This document shows positions 33,477 to 45,700 of a stretch of DNA of 64,000 nt, one piece after another. Source of the stretch: Camelus ferus. Taxonomy: Eukaryota. The notes under the pieces were generated by a model. It saw only the letters and a program-made list of their open reading frames with translations. It did not search any database and was not told the origin of the DNA. Position 1 is the stretch's first letter. Each line of letters begins with the position of its first letter. The position numbers and the translations under genes were made by a program. The stretch is taken from the NCBI RefSeq assembly GCF_009834535.1, contig NC_045716.1, positions 25,730,001-25,794,000 of the forward strand. The letters run 5' to 3'.

Positions 33477-36400
33477 TCATTGTCTCTTCAGGGTGCTCTC
33501 GATGTATGACTCCAGCAGGAAGATGGTTTCATCCACCTGTATCTCACAGGCATCCAACCTGAGTGAAAAGGTAAAAGCATTTGCTTAGACTGAACATTCA
33601 TTAGCATATCTAGGATTACAGGCTGGACTGGGTGTGGCCATGGGGAACTGCTTGGCTACCCTTGAGAGTACTGGGTGGAAAGCAGGAGAACCAATAGATC
33701 ATTCTCCCATTTACTGAACATCTCTTATACGCAAGACACTGCGGAAATTGCCAAGGATTCAAGAGATAAAGCCTCTGTCCCAGGAGAGGTTACAGTCTAA
33801 CTTGCAACGAGGAGAAAGATAGTACATGTTAAAGGCACAGGTGTAAAAGGCCCTGGTGTGTCTTACAATAGAAGCTGAGAGCGGCTGAGGCTTAAGGTGA
33901 TTAGGAATAGAAGGGAACTTCATCAACCTGATAGAAGCCATCTATGAAAAACCCACAGCTAACACCATGCTTAATGGTGAAAGACGGAAATCTTTCCCTC
34001 TGTGATTAGGAACAAGACAAGGATGTGTGCTTTTTACTTCCATTCAACCTTTTACTGGAAGTTCTAGCCTGGAATTTAGGCAAGAAAAAGAAATAAAAGG
34101 CATCCAGATTGAAAGGGAAGAAGTAAAGCTATTTCTAATTCACAGATGACATGATCCTGTAATAAATGAATTTAACAAAATTGTAGGATATAACATCAAA
34201 ACACAAAAATCAGTTCCATTTCTATATACTGGCAATGAAGAATTCAAAAATGAAATTAATTTTGGGGTGAGAAGGGTATAGCTGAAGTGGTAGAGGGCAT
34301 GCTTAGCATGCAGGAGGTCCTGAGTTCAATCCCCAGCACCTCCTCTAAAAATAAATAAATAAACCTAATTACTTCCCCTGCACCCCCCCAAAATGAAATT
34401 GAGAGAACACTAAAAAAGCATCANNNNNNNNNNNNNNNNNNNNNNNNNNNNNNNNNNNNNNNNNNNNNNNNNNNNNNNNNNNNNNNNNNNNNNNNNNNNN
34501 NNNNNNNNNNNNNNNNNNNNNNNNNNNNNNNNNNNNNNNNNNNNNNNNNNNNNNNNNNNNNNNNNNNNNNNNNNNNNNNNNNNNNNNNNNNNNNNNNNNN
34601 NNNNNNNNCAAAGCAATCCCTCTGAAGGCCAGTGGTGAAGGCCAAGGAACTGAAGATGAAGAGACAGGCTGCTATGTATGAGACTGTGGAAGGCCTTAGG
34701 TGTTATGCCAAAGAGTCTGGTCTCTATATTAAAAACAAGGAGCCAATAAGCATTTAGACTAGAAGAGTGATATTATCAATCACTTTAAAGACACTAACTT
34801 TGAGAGCATTAGAAGAAATGGTTTGAAGAGGGAGGTGATCGTCAAGGTCGAAGAGGTGATGAAGGTCTGCGTGAGGAGCAGACGAAAGGCCACATCTGAG
34901 ACACATTCCTGAAGTAATGCAGCCTTGGTGAACGAGAGAGCTGTGTGGTGAGGGAGGAGAAGCTGGGAATGTCCTCAGAGTTTTTAGCTTAGGAAAATGG
35001 GTCGACTGAATTCTGTTAACTGAGCTGGGGAAGAAGACAGTGAGTTTAGGTTTGCTCATGTTAAGCTGGAGGGGTAGCAGGAAATGGAGGTGGGTTTGTT
35101 CGGAATGTATTTTGAAACACAGGTTGGAGGGTGAAGGGTGATGCTGCTTACTTGTTGACGTTACGTTTCAGGGTCTCCAGCTGCTGGCGCTCAGGGGCTG
35201 TGATCATCTCCTCTATCTCCTGCAGCTGGGCCTCCTCTGCACCTGTGGCCTGCATGGACGCAATGATGGCTTCTACCCTCTGAGACTTTTCTAGTAGCCG
35301 CCTGTCAGACAAACACAACTCTGAGGCGTGTCCCTAGCCTTGGAGATTCTTTTATCCTGTAGCCCTGGGGCGTAACTCCCCCAGTGAGCATGTTCCTGGT
35401 CAAAATGGATAATGTCATTTTCTGAGGACGTTTTCTACAAGCTTAGTTAGAAATGAGACTTCAGCTTTTCAGTGACTGTGAAGCTAGGGAGATCCCAGCT
35501 GGGACGAGGACGTAGGATCTAACTGTCCCCCCAGCCCTTTGACCCTCCCCTGAAGCTCCCAAATAAAATGGTTAATGGTTTGATCCCCCGCCCCCTGCAA
35601 AAAAAAAGGAAAGAAAGTAAAAAGGAAATGTAACTTCACTCCTGAAACTCTCACTGCTTCTCATTTGTACTTAAACTCTGGTGCCAGTTTGTACATTTCT
35701 CATAAATTTAATCTGCAAAATTATTTCACTGGGAATATAACAGAAAAACATATACTCCTGGGTGATTTGTGCCAACCTAACCCAATAATTCAGGACAACC
35801 AGATTGGTTACTGTCTCTTTTGGTTTCCATTTCTATAGGAAATTTCCCCTCAAGACTTCTGACGCTGAAAAACTTAATTACTCAACTGAAGATGCTACTC
35901 ACTTGTTTTCTTTGGTTTCAAATTGCCTCCTTTCTATCAAGTTGGCTACGCTCTGAGGGGAGAGAAAACAAGAAATGCACAGAGTTCTACTGAAGTAGCT
36001 CAGGTAAAATGGCTAACGGGGGCACGAGGGTGAGACACCTCCACGGAGGGCAAGGGGGGAAAGGCCAGCGGGAGTCACCTTGTAGCACCTGTGCAGCAAC
36101 ATTCGGGCAGCCGACGGGATGTTCACAGTATATAAATAGAAGGTCCTGGATGGGGCATGGTCTGGCGTTTTGGGGATTTCCTATTTGTCCATAGAAAGAA
36201 AAATAAGAGAAATTAAGCTTTTCTTCAGAACTGGCAAAGCAAACACCTGTCCCATCTGGAGCTACTCAGCCTTCTCTTTCACTTATACTTTCCTCTTCCC
36301 CAGTCAGTACAGCATCTGTGTCCAGGGCATAATCAGCCCCACGGAGAGCTGGGCTGCCCTGTTTTTCCCATTTGACTGTCAATGTCCTGAGTGGGGAAGA

Positions 36401-39400
36401 AGAGGCACTTAACATGTACTGAGCAACTCTCATGTGCCCGGTAGATGGTATTTGATCTTTATAACAAACCGGATTTCTTCTGTTACCACCATCCATCACC
36501 ACTCTGTAGATGGGGAAAAAAGATGGTAGGCAATTTGCTCAGTGTAACTGTACTAAGAGGCAGAGCTGTGACTCTGACTCCAAAATCCATTCTGTCTGTT
36601 CCCTCATAGGGTATACACATGGCTCTGCAGATAGTGAGGATCCAATAGATGCCACTGATGGATTTAACCTATAATAAAGTTAAAGCTCGAGGAAAGGGGC
36701 TTAGAACTAAAGAAGAAAGGGTAAGGTGATTCTGGGCTGATTTCCTGGCTGTGCCTCTTTTTCACTAGGCCAGTTGAAGTGCCACAATTATCTTTCAAGT
36801 GCTTGCTATGTCTTTGTTAATCTTTTTTTCCCTCTATCTCAGCGCTGGATACGGAGTTTCCTTGGGGTTCAGGATCTTTGCTTCAGGAATTTCTCTCACC
36901 CTAGGTCAGCTCTGCTGGCTGGTGGTTATTGTTACCTGGAGTGATATGAAATTTTCTGAGAGCATCTTATAAAGCATATCTTTTGCCTCTTTTGCTGGAA
37001 TCATTGCAAAGTCTTCTACCTGCTTCTGTTCCAGGTGTTTCTTTTGCAAAACGAGACGGAATATTCTGGCACAGCGAGACCCAAATCTGGAAAGGAATGA
37101 AGAAAGCAAAAGGCATGCCAACACAGATTAGCTTTAGCTCTTAGTCACAGATGGTGGTTGTTCGGTTTCCAAGTGTGGAGCCAGGACCAGAAAGGAACGG
37201 TGCTGAGAGAATTCTCTCATAACTCCACAATTTGACGATGGTACAGCTGATCATAGGAGAGCCACAAACTGCTGACTCACTTAAATGCTTCAGCTCCTGC
37301 ATCTGTAAGTAACGGCTTTAAGGGGCTGGCGTCACTGGGAACTGAGCAGTAGGGTATTTACGGTAAAGGGCAATAGTAGACCGGATCAGTTCAGTGGAAA
37401 AATGGGGCAAGATGTGCCAAGGCGTGTGACATAAAGATCAAACCACCTGTTCAAATGGGGCGTGAAGAGGAAGTGTCTGACCCCCAGCACCAATCGGGGT
37501 GACCCCCTTACCTCTCCTGCACCACGGACTCCAGGCTGGCGGTGGATAGGCAGCCTAGGGCCTTGTGTAGGTCTTCATGCCGAGGGTCAAGGTCGCTCAG
37601 TAATGTTTTGGCCTGGTCATTGCGATCTTAGTTTTATTCCTAAGTCTTTAAAATTTAAATACTATTTTGTTTTTCACATCGGTCTCATTTATGATATGTA
37701 TTTCAAAACCTTAATTAACTAGGATATTTAAATCAGGGTTTTGCTTAACTAAAACTTGGTTAGTTAAAAGTCCCTTTTACTTCTCTATTATCAATGTTTT
37801 TGTTCAATATTCTACCTTACTTAGTGTACTAAATATCATCAAATCATTTCTTTTATAAATCACCGTCCTGTTTTATAGGTCAGGCTGCCTGACTGAAAGG
37901 AAATAACCACCAGTAAGGATACTGATGACATACATTCCTCCACCGCTGTCGCCAGACTTTCCAACAAACTCTAGCTATTAAAAAAAAAAAAAAAGGGGAG
38001 CACGTGTCATCCGAATGGCAAGTCCAGTGATTTTGTTTCCAACAGAGCAAATCTGTCCAAGAGTATGGAGCAGGTAGCCCTATCAGATGACGGGAGAGAA
38101 ACTGTCTGAGCTGGCTAGATAGAGAATGAGGCTACAGAAGAATGATACTAGGTGTCAGTGGCAGAAATNNNNNNNNNNNNNNNNNNNNNNNNNNNNNNNN
38201 NNNNNNNNNNNNNNNNNNNNNNNNNNNNNNNNNNNNNNNNNNNNNNNNNNNNNNNNNNNNNNNNNNNNNNNNNNNNNNNNNNNNNNNNNNNNNNNNNTCT
38301 ATGGAACAAGAGAGACAGGGACAATGGGTTTGGGAACTTAGATTTGCTGGCATTGCTGAAATAAAGATGTTTTATTATACACTTCGACTAAAAAAAATAT
38401 ATATATATATATAAAGAAAACAACATTGTAAACTGACTATACTTCGATAAAAATTTATATATGAAAAAGATGTTTTATTAAGAATGAGGCTGAATTTGAA
38501 ATATAAAATTTGACATGAAAAAAAAAGAATGAGGCAGATCTAAAAATATTGACATGAAAAGAAGGTGTACATATACTACCATATGAAAAAAGTGAGTTTA
38601 GAACACTGTGTAGCATACAATCCCATTTTTTTTTTCAGTTAAAAATATACATATACCTACATTTTTGTGAGACTCTACATAAAAGTCTGAATAAAGAGAT
38701 GCACCAAACTATTAACAAGGATCTCTGGGGCTGGGATTACACAAAACTATACATACATTTAAACTGGGGTATGTTACATACAATAAGAAGCACAGATCTT
38801 AAGGGTTCAGTTTGATGAGCTGACAATTGTATACACCCACATAACTCTCACCTACAAGATAAAGAACGTGTCCTTCATTCCTGAAAGTCTGGGGACTGCA
38901 ACTTTCAAAAAATTATACATTTCTATGCTGTTTGAATATAGATCACATAATTACTTTTGTCATCAGAAAAAAACCCTTGTATTTAAATTTTTGTTATATA
39001 AGTTAAAAAAATTTAAAATAAAGACTATAAAAATATAGTAACCATATTTAATATGAATAATTAGTATAATTACAAAAGTAACAGAATATAGATAAAACAT
39101 TGCTATATTAAGTATTAATATTTTAAGAAACATATTTAAAACAAACTTAAAATATACAAAACATATTGAAAAAAACAAATATAAGGGCCCAAATAATGTC
39201 CTGAGCACTAAGGCTCAGATTCCAAATAGTGGATTCTTAGAACAATTAAGAGTAATTTGTTCTTTGACTAAGATAATGGTTTAGGTTTCTAAAGGCTGGA
39301 TTCCCAGGAGACCAAATATTTCAGTACCTACCACCTGAAGGTAACGCCTGTCCCACCTCAAACAGCAAAAACCCTTTCTTTCAAGGCTCAGACCTCAACC

Positions 39401-42400
39401 TGCTCCCGGGCTCCATGTAGAATGATGATAACATCCCAGAGGCCATAGAGAACCAGGACAGAAGGTGAAGCTCACCTCATTGGAAGACAATGGCTGGGTG
39501 AAGGGGGCACTAGAGGAAGTGGTGATCTCACTCATCCGGAGCATGGTCCGCACGATCTCGCTGCTAGTCTGGGTTTGAAAAGTGAACTGGAGTTCAGAAC
39601 TCACGCTGCTGCACTGGCAAAGCAGATGTTCTTCACAGCCACTGTCCCACCCACTTGGCTATCACCTGGTCCATCCTGTTGGCAACTGCACTGACAATGG
39701 CTTGGTCACGGAAATGCTGGTGGAATCTGTCAAGGTTGGCCTGCCAGTAAATCCCATCATCTGGAATGGGCTGAGGAGGAGAAAGGGATTAGAGAGAAAC
39801 ATTTAGATACAGTGAAGTTTTCTAACGAGGAGCTTGGATTTGACTGTTCACCATTTCTTTTCCCATACAGTAGAAACTAAATTGGTTGGAGGAAAATCAG
39901 TCATGTGGATTGGTACCTGGAAAATGACAAATTCACAGCCCCCAACTTCAGACTGATTCTTTTTTTCTTTTTTTTGAGTGAAAGATTTATTTAGAGAGAT
40001 GTACATGGGGGTGGGGATGGGGAGGGTGGGGGGTGGGGGAAGTTAAAGTAAAGGTAGATAACACACTCCATAGACAGCGTGGGGGTTGTCTCAGGCAAGA
40101 GAGAGAGCGACCCAAACAGATTCTTGAAGCTGCAATCTTTAAGACTGAACCTCCAGTCCTTCTCTACTTTATCTCATCTCCAGTATCTTCAAATCTCCCA
40201 TTTGCCCTTCCCTTCTCACTCAGCAGATGACCTTGCTTCTTCTTTCAGAGAGCAAAGAGAAGCCATTAGGTCAGAATTCATCCAATGTGGTGAACACATC
40301 CCCACAACATTTGTTTCTTTTTTAAAAATCTGTGTTTTTACCTACTTTTATCACAGTGGAACAGTGTCCCTCCTTTTACCTAAGATCAATGCCCATACGG
40401 GGGTGCTAGATCTCACCCTCTCCTGCATTCTCAGGGACTCAGGTCAGTCTCCCCTCTCTTCTCTAAATCTTTAGCCTCTCTTTACTGGCTTCTTCCTGTC
40501 AGCGCTGACCTTGTCCAAATCTCTTCTACCCTAAAAGAGTTCTCCTTTGAGAACTGCGCCTTCCTTCCTTTTCCTTTCTGTCACAGCTGAGCTTCTCAAA
40601 GAGTTGGTCATCCCAGCTATATCCCCAACCACAGATTTACTCAACCCATTTCCACCATTATGCTGAAATGACAAAGTTCCTGAGGAACTATTGCTAAGTT
40701 CAAAGAATAATGTCCAGTTCCAATCTTATCTGATCTTTCTGAAGCATATGACATGGTTGGACATTTTCTCCTTCTTAACTCTATGTGGCCCCTTGGACTT
40801 TATGACACCATTCTTTCTTGGTGTGCCTCCTAACCATTCTGTTACCCTTCCTCAGTCCCCACAGACTCCTCTTCCAGATCTCACCTATAAATGCTGGTGT
40901 TCCCCGGGGATCGGGCCATAGCCCTCTTTTCTTTTCACTCTACATATTCCATTTAGGTGATTTTATCTGCTCTTAACACTTCAGCTATTGATGTACTTCC
41001 AAATCAGCTACTTAGTTCTAGAACTCTCTATTAAGCTCCAGATGCACAGACTCAACTGCCTACTTGACACTTTCCACTAGTTCCTCAAAAATGTTCTTTT
41101 TAAGTTTTTAGCTAACTACACTACAACCAACCCAATTTCTCAAGCTAGAAACTTGAATATCATCCCTAATCCCTGCTCTCCCTCATCTACTATCCAATTA
41201 CCAAGTTCTATGTGTTCTTTATATTTATCAGACTGTCATTACCTTATTTCAGGCTCTAATCTTGGCTCACGCAGATTACAATAGCCTCCTAACTGGTTTT
41301 CATTTTTCTTTTTAATATAGTGGACACTATAAAAAGGGTAACTGGGTTTGTTGCTTTTAATTTTGTACCTTTTGCATCGTTCTCCCCATTTCTCACAGAG
41401 AATGCACATGTGCACAACTACAGGTGGACTCTCTGAACGGCATCCATGGAGGTGCACAAGCTCTGAACCATGGTACTATGGTAATATTGCTAAAATGTAA
41501 ATCTAGCCACTTCGTCCCCCTGCCTAAAATTCATCAGTGCCAGCCCCTTGCCTTCAGGATGAAGTCCAAACCTCTTAGTCAATCAAGAAATATTTATTGA
41601 TGTCTTGCTAGAATTCCAGGTGCCAGGGATAAGATACTATCCTCAAAGAGTTTCCAGTCTTTTGGGAGTAGTAATAAATAACTTCAGATCTTACAAGTGC
41701 TATGCAGATGAAATGGGAAAGTGTGGTAGAGACTGGAGTGGAGGGTGGGCAATGATGCTTGAGCTCTAAGAAAACAGCATTTGAGCTGAGATTTGAACAA
41801 TAAAAAAGAGGAAACTACATGAAGATCTGAGGGAAAAGCACGTGAAGCAGAAGGAATACTACAGGCAAAAGCCTGAAGACTGGAAGGGGTGTGACATGTT
41901 TGAGGGACAGAAAGAAAGGCAGAAGCCTGAACACAGTGAATGAGAGGAAGAGGAGAGAGAGCTGAGTCTGGAGAGCCTTGTCCCCATCAGACCACGTAAA
42001 GACCCAGCTCATATAAGGCTTAATAATCCACAGTAAAGACTTGGATTTCTTCTGAGAGTAATGGGAAGCTATTAAAGGAGTCTAAATCACTGAAGTACTG
42101 GGCTTTTTAAAAAAGAACAATTTAGAGTCATTTTGGTTCTCAAGTAGGTGAGAATGCCTGTAGGGAGGCCACTTAGGAGAGTACTGGCAAAGCACTGACT
42201 AGAGCGGTAGTGGTTTGGATAGGATGACAGCAGTGGAAACGGTGAGAAATAGTTGGATTTGAATTAAATTTTAGAAACTGGGCTGACGGTTTTACTGTGA
42301 GATAAGATGGTTCCCAGGATTTTGTCCTAAGCAAATGGTGTCCCAGGTAGCTGGCCTTGGAGGAGTCCCGTACTAAGACGAGGAAAGCTTGTCAGGGGAG

Positions 42401-45173
42401 TAGATGTCTGGGAGGGGAAACCAGTTACTCCGTTTTGGCCATACTCATTTCCAGATGCTTATTAGCCATCTTTACACGGATGCTGGGAAGGCGTTTGAAC
42501 ATGACAGCTCAGGCCAAAGTACATCTTTCTAGACTCATTTGTCACCACTGGCCACCATGGGTCTCTATGTTCTAGCCAGACTGAACAATTTACACATTTT
42601 CTAGGCCCTTTTTTGGCATAAGCTACTCCCTCTGTCCAATGACTGAAGTAAGTTAAACCTCAGAAGAGAGACAGCAATGGAGTTTACTCCATATTTGATG
42701 AAGTTCATAATCCTACTACTTCCCGACCCAAGAGCCTTCAAGCTCTTCTGGGGCTTGTTATCTCAGCGCTCTCTCTGGTTCGCCTCACGGTGAGGACTCC
42801 TAATCAGGAAGCCCCATTACCTCCTTGTTATCTGAGGTGTGCTTTGGTCTCTTGGCCTTGGGCTCCCCAGTAGCATCCTCGTCAGACGACCTCCTCCTTT
42901 TCCCTTTCCCTGCCAAAGTAAACAGTTGAACGAGTTAGGCTACATCTCATAAGATGACAGGAAATGACCGAACATGACAGCAGCTGTCTCTGTCCCAAAG
43001 ACACGTGCAGTCACCTCTAAGTTAGAGTCGTGAGGAGACCGAGGAGCTACAAGAAATGCAAGTTAACCGTGAAGGCATCTGAAACTCTACATGTTCAACA
43101 AGACATTCATAATCTTTCTCCCTCAAACTGCTCCTGCTCCAATGCTTCCTTTCACCGTGAATGGTACCATCACCCTCCCACATACGTGGCACATAGATGT
43201 CATCCTTGACTTCTCTGTCTTCCTCACCCCTTCCATGTCTACATTTACCTTTGCCCCATCCTTTCTGCAGACAGAAAAATCTTTTAAAAATGCAAATTAG
43301 ATCATGTCATTTCCTTTAAAATCCTTTAGGAGTTTTCCTTTGCTCTCAGGATAAAGAACAGATGCTCTATAAGGTCCTGCATGACCTAGCCCCCACCTAT
43401 CTTGCTAACTTTATCTGATGGCTCTCCTTCCTTTGCTCACTGTGCTTTAACTACCCTGATCTTCTTTTACTTCCTCAAACATCCTCTTTGTTTGTTTTCT
43501 ACTATGCACTATTCCATTTGCCAAAAATGCTTACCCTCTGTCCTCCGTCATACCTTACCTCACTGGTTGGCTCCTACCTCTGCTTCAAATCTTAGTACAA
43601 ATGCCACTATCTCAAAGAAGCATGTGCCCTAAACGCCCACATAAATCTGGCCTCCTGTTACATATTTTCATAACACCTCATCCTTTTCCTTCATAGTACT
43701 TACCACAGTTTGCTAGCTGTAATGTACATCTATGACGCTACCTAATTAATGGAAGTCTCCTATTCTAGACATAAGCCCCATATGGGCAGGGACCATAATG
43801 GTTTTTTCATCACTTTACATCACAATCTCTGGAAGAGAAAACTCCTTGGTAACTGCTCAATTGATCCATTCATCCATTCAACACTCTTTGAGGAAGAATC
43901 CACAATTAGGGTGAGTCATAGTTCTAGGGCTCAGAATTGCTTACCTATCAAGCTTAGTTTAGGAACCAGGTACATGTCCTTTTCACTGATGACAAGAGTA
44001 GGGGCAGGCGGTGGTGGCCCAGGGTCTGAATTCTCAGTGGCAGGCACCACGGGGCACCGCTGCACAAAGTGTGTGTCTGCTAGTCGCACAAATGTGTTGG
44101 ATACCTCAGCATAGTCCATGTTCTTGCCATCTGTACAGCAGGGGGAAAGAGGCAGGTGAGATAACCTAAGAGAGCTGAGGGTCCACTCCTGCAGTCCACC
44201 AACCTACGCCTCTGCTAACAGCGTGGCTGCAGTACTGACCCTCCATAGTCTCTGTGAGCCGGTCTGCTACTTTCTTCACAACAGCTGACATTGTCATCTT
44301 GCCATTCAGCAGCAGCTCTTCGACAAGCAGCTCTCCGGTGTCACTATACAGTGTTTTGGCAGTATAGATGTACCTGGGATACCTAAGCATTCGCAACACC
44401 CGGCTGCACTGGGCTTCATACTCCACCACACCCCGTTTGTGCACTCGATGTATCACCAGGTTGTGCTGAATAAGGACACAAAGGGCCTTTTTTACCTGGA
44501 GAGGACACAAAAGAAAGAGAAGAAATATCTGAAGATGCACCTCGTTATTGCTGGCAATTTCTCTCCAACAGTTTATGAAACATCAGGAGGTGGCTAGAAT
44601 TTCTGTGCCTCTTCCCTCTCTCCATTGCAACAGCTGATCAGAATCGCATGTCAATGGAAGGAATCAGGAAGATTCCTTCCTACGATGCTCATATTTCTTC
44701 TGATCTTTACCTTTCAAAGTACAATTTACTTCTCTATTGTTCGCATCCCTTAAAGGTAGTACTGAAATGAACAGACGCAGTATGAATAAGTGAAGTGTGG
44801 CACAGGAAGAGCTCAGAGTTGCCTCAGAAGCCACAATGAGTCAGGAACGCTTTCAGAAGCAGAACCTTGGGCCCCCTACTGCCTCGCCCTGTCCCCAGTA
44901 ACCTTATTCCGATCCTAGGGCAGGCTTCTCTCTTCTTTTCATTTTGTGGGGTGAGGAGTAACAATATTCAAAGATAGGTAAAAGACATTGATGAGATGAA
45001 AGCAAATTAACGTGATCCAAACATACCTGATCCAGTGATGTCCCTGTGTCATGGGCAATAACTCTCAGTGGCTGGCTGCCAGTTCTGATTAGGTGGACTC
45101 CAATTTTTTCTACAATCTCTCCAAAATGCTCTTGCAGCAACAAAGAACACAGTTTAATTTCTGCTTGAGTCAT
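33477..45173 (-). CDS. POLR3C: DNA-directed RNA polymerase III subunit RPC3 (RPC62); 14 coding exons, 534 aa; one exon in N gap
   Basis: complement(join(45173-45027,44495-44240,44130-43945,42909-42821,39770-39666,39568-39476,38298-~38218[gap],37974-37923,37572-37512,37086-36936,36180-36079,35952-35903,35301-35152,33558-33477)) = 1605 nt with an assumed 81-nt hidden exon. Reads MTQAEIKLCSLLLQEHFGEIVEKIG...ETIFLLESYIESTLKRQ*. Non-coding exon 1 donor at 46269; exon 2 acceptor at 45193. Confidence 0.97.
33895..34423 (+). mobile_element. Degenerate L1 ORF2 (reverse transcriptase region) fragment, interrupted by a SINE
   Basis: 'atctatgaaaaacccacagctaacaccatgcttaatggtgaaag..ggaacaagacaaggatg..gcaagaaaaagaaataaaaggcatccagattgaaagggaagaagtaaagctat..cacagatgacatgatc' is canonical L1 ORF2 sequence, with indels. 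Confidence 0.9.
34262..34389 (+). mobile_element. tRNA-Ala-derived SINE (camelid vic-1-like) with 11-bp TSD
   Basis: 'gggtatagctgaagtggtagagggcatgcttagcatgcaggaggtcctgagttcaatccccagcacctcc' contains A and B boxes and a TTAGCAT anticodon loop; AAAATGAAATT at 34247-34257 and 34390-34400. Confidence 0.85.
34424..34608. other. Assembly gap (185 N) in the last POLR3C intron
   Basis: Run of N. Confidence 1.
38169..38297. other. Assembly gap (129 N) covering a POLR3C coding exon
   Basis: Run of N directly after a minus-strand acceptor. Confidence 1.
38378..38465 (+). mobile_element. 88-bp L1 3'-tail insertion with perfect 15-bp TSD
   Basis: AAAGATGTTTTATTA at 38363-38377 and 38466-38480; interior 'caacattgtaaactgactatacttcgataaaaa' is the reverse complement of the L1 end seen at 16896-16925. 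Confidence 0.8.
38750..38895 (-). mobile_element. Old L1M 3' fragment
   Basis: 'tacatacaataagaagcacagatcttaagggttcagtttgatgagctgacaattgtatacacccacataac..caagataaagaacgtgtccttcattcctgaaag' is an antisense L1MB/L1MC-like end. Confidence 0.7.
39961..40113 (-). mobile_element. Poly(A)-tailed retroposed fragment resembling an ERV LTR U3/R segment
   Basis: Minus strand: 'gggtcgctctctctcttgcctgagacaacccccacgctgtctatggagtgtgttatct..tctctctAAATAAAtctttcactc' followed by an A-tail; degenerate TSD AGACTGATTCTT (39950-39961) / AAACAGATTCTT (40114-40125). Confidence 0.5.
40190..41580 (+). mobile_element. L2 LINE fragments (approximate bounds)
   Basis: 'cagcagatgaccttgcttct', 'ttccaccattatgctgaaatgac..ctaagttcaaag..ccaatcttatctgatctttctgaagcatatgacatggttggacattttctcc', 'agatgcacagactcaactgcctacttgacac' are L2 ORF2 and 3' motifs. 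Confidence 0.75.
41575..42490 (-). mobile_element. L2 LINE fragment, antisense (approximate bounds)
   Basis: 'caatcaagaaatatttattgatgtc..ccaggtgccagggataag', 'gcatttgagctgagatttgaac', 'gagagtaatgggaagctattaaagg' match the reverse complement of the L2 3' region. Confidence 0.7.
43070..43870 (+). mobile_element. L2 LINE 3' fragment (approximate bounds)
   Basis: 'tcaaactgctcctgctccaatgcttcctttcaccgtgaatggtaccatcaccc..gtcatccttgacttctctg..aaaatgcaaattagatcatgtcatttcc' typical of L2. Confidence 0.7.
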
Positions 45174-45249
45174 TGTACTGAGGAATCTCAGAGCTAGGGG
45201 GAAAAGAAAAACTGTATGATGGGAAGTTTCTCTTTTATGGTGGAAGTGG

Positions 45250-45700
45250 AGATGTGGAGTGTAAATTCATGTACTTTCTGGAGGGCAATGTGACAGCAGA
45301 TACATCAAAAGCCTTAAAACCTTGCGTATCTTTGACCCAATAATTTTGTTTTGGATACTCTGCTCCAAGGAAATAATGAAAATATGCCAGTGCGATTCTC
45401 TTCAGAATACTGACATATACTGGGAACAATCTAATGTCTAGCAATAAGGGATTATTTCAATAAAGTATGGTATATTCATACAATAGGGTACTACGCCAAC
45501 ATTGACAATGAAGTATAATACGTATTAGTGTAGAAAACTTCATTAAGTGAAAGAAGCAGGCTACAAAGCAAAATGGAAAGGAAAGTTCACGTATTGTGCA
45601 AGAAAGAAAAATACATACGAATAGAAAAAAAGACTGGGAAACTATACATATCAGATTTACCTTTATGGGATTATGTGTGATTCTAATTTTCTTTAAAGAT
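45250..45700 (+). mobile_element. Old L1ME-type 3' fragment (approximate bounds)
   Basis: 'ctttctggagggcaatgtgacagcagatacatcaaaagccttaaaa..tctttgacccaataatt..gggaacaatctaatgtctagcaataagggattatttcaataaagtatggtatattcatacaataggg' is an L1M 3'UTR pattern. Confidence 0.7.
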
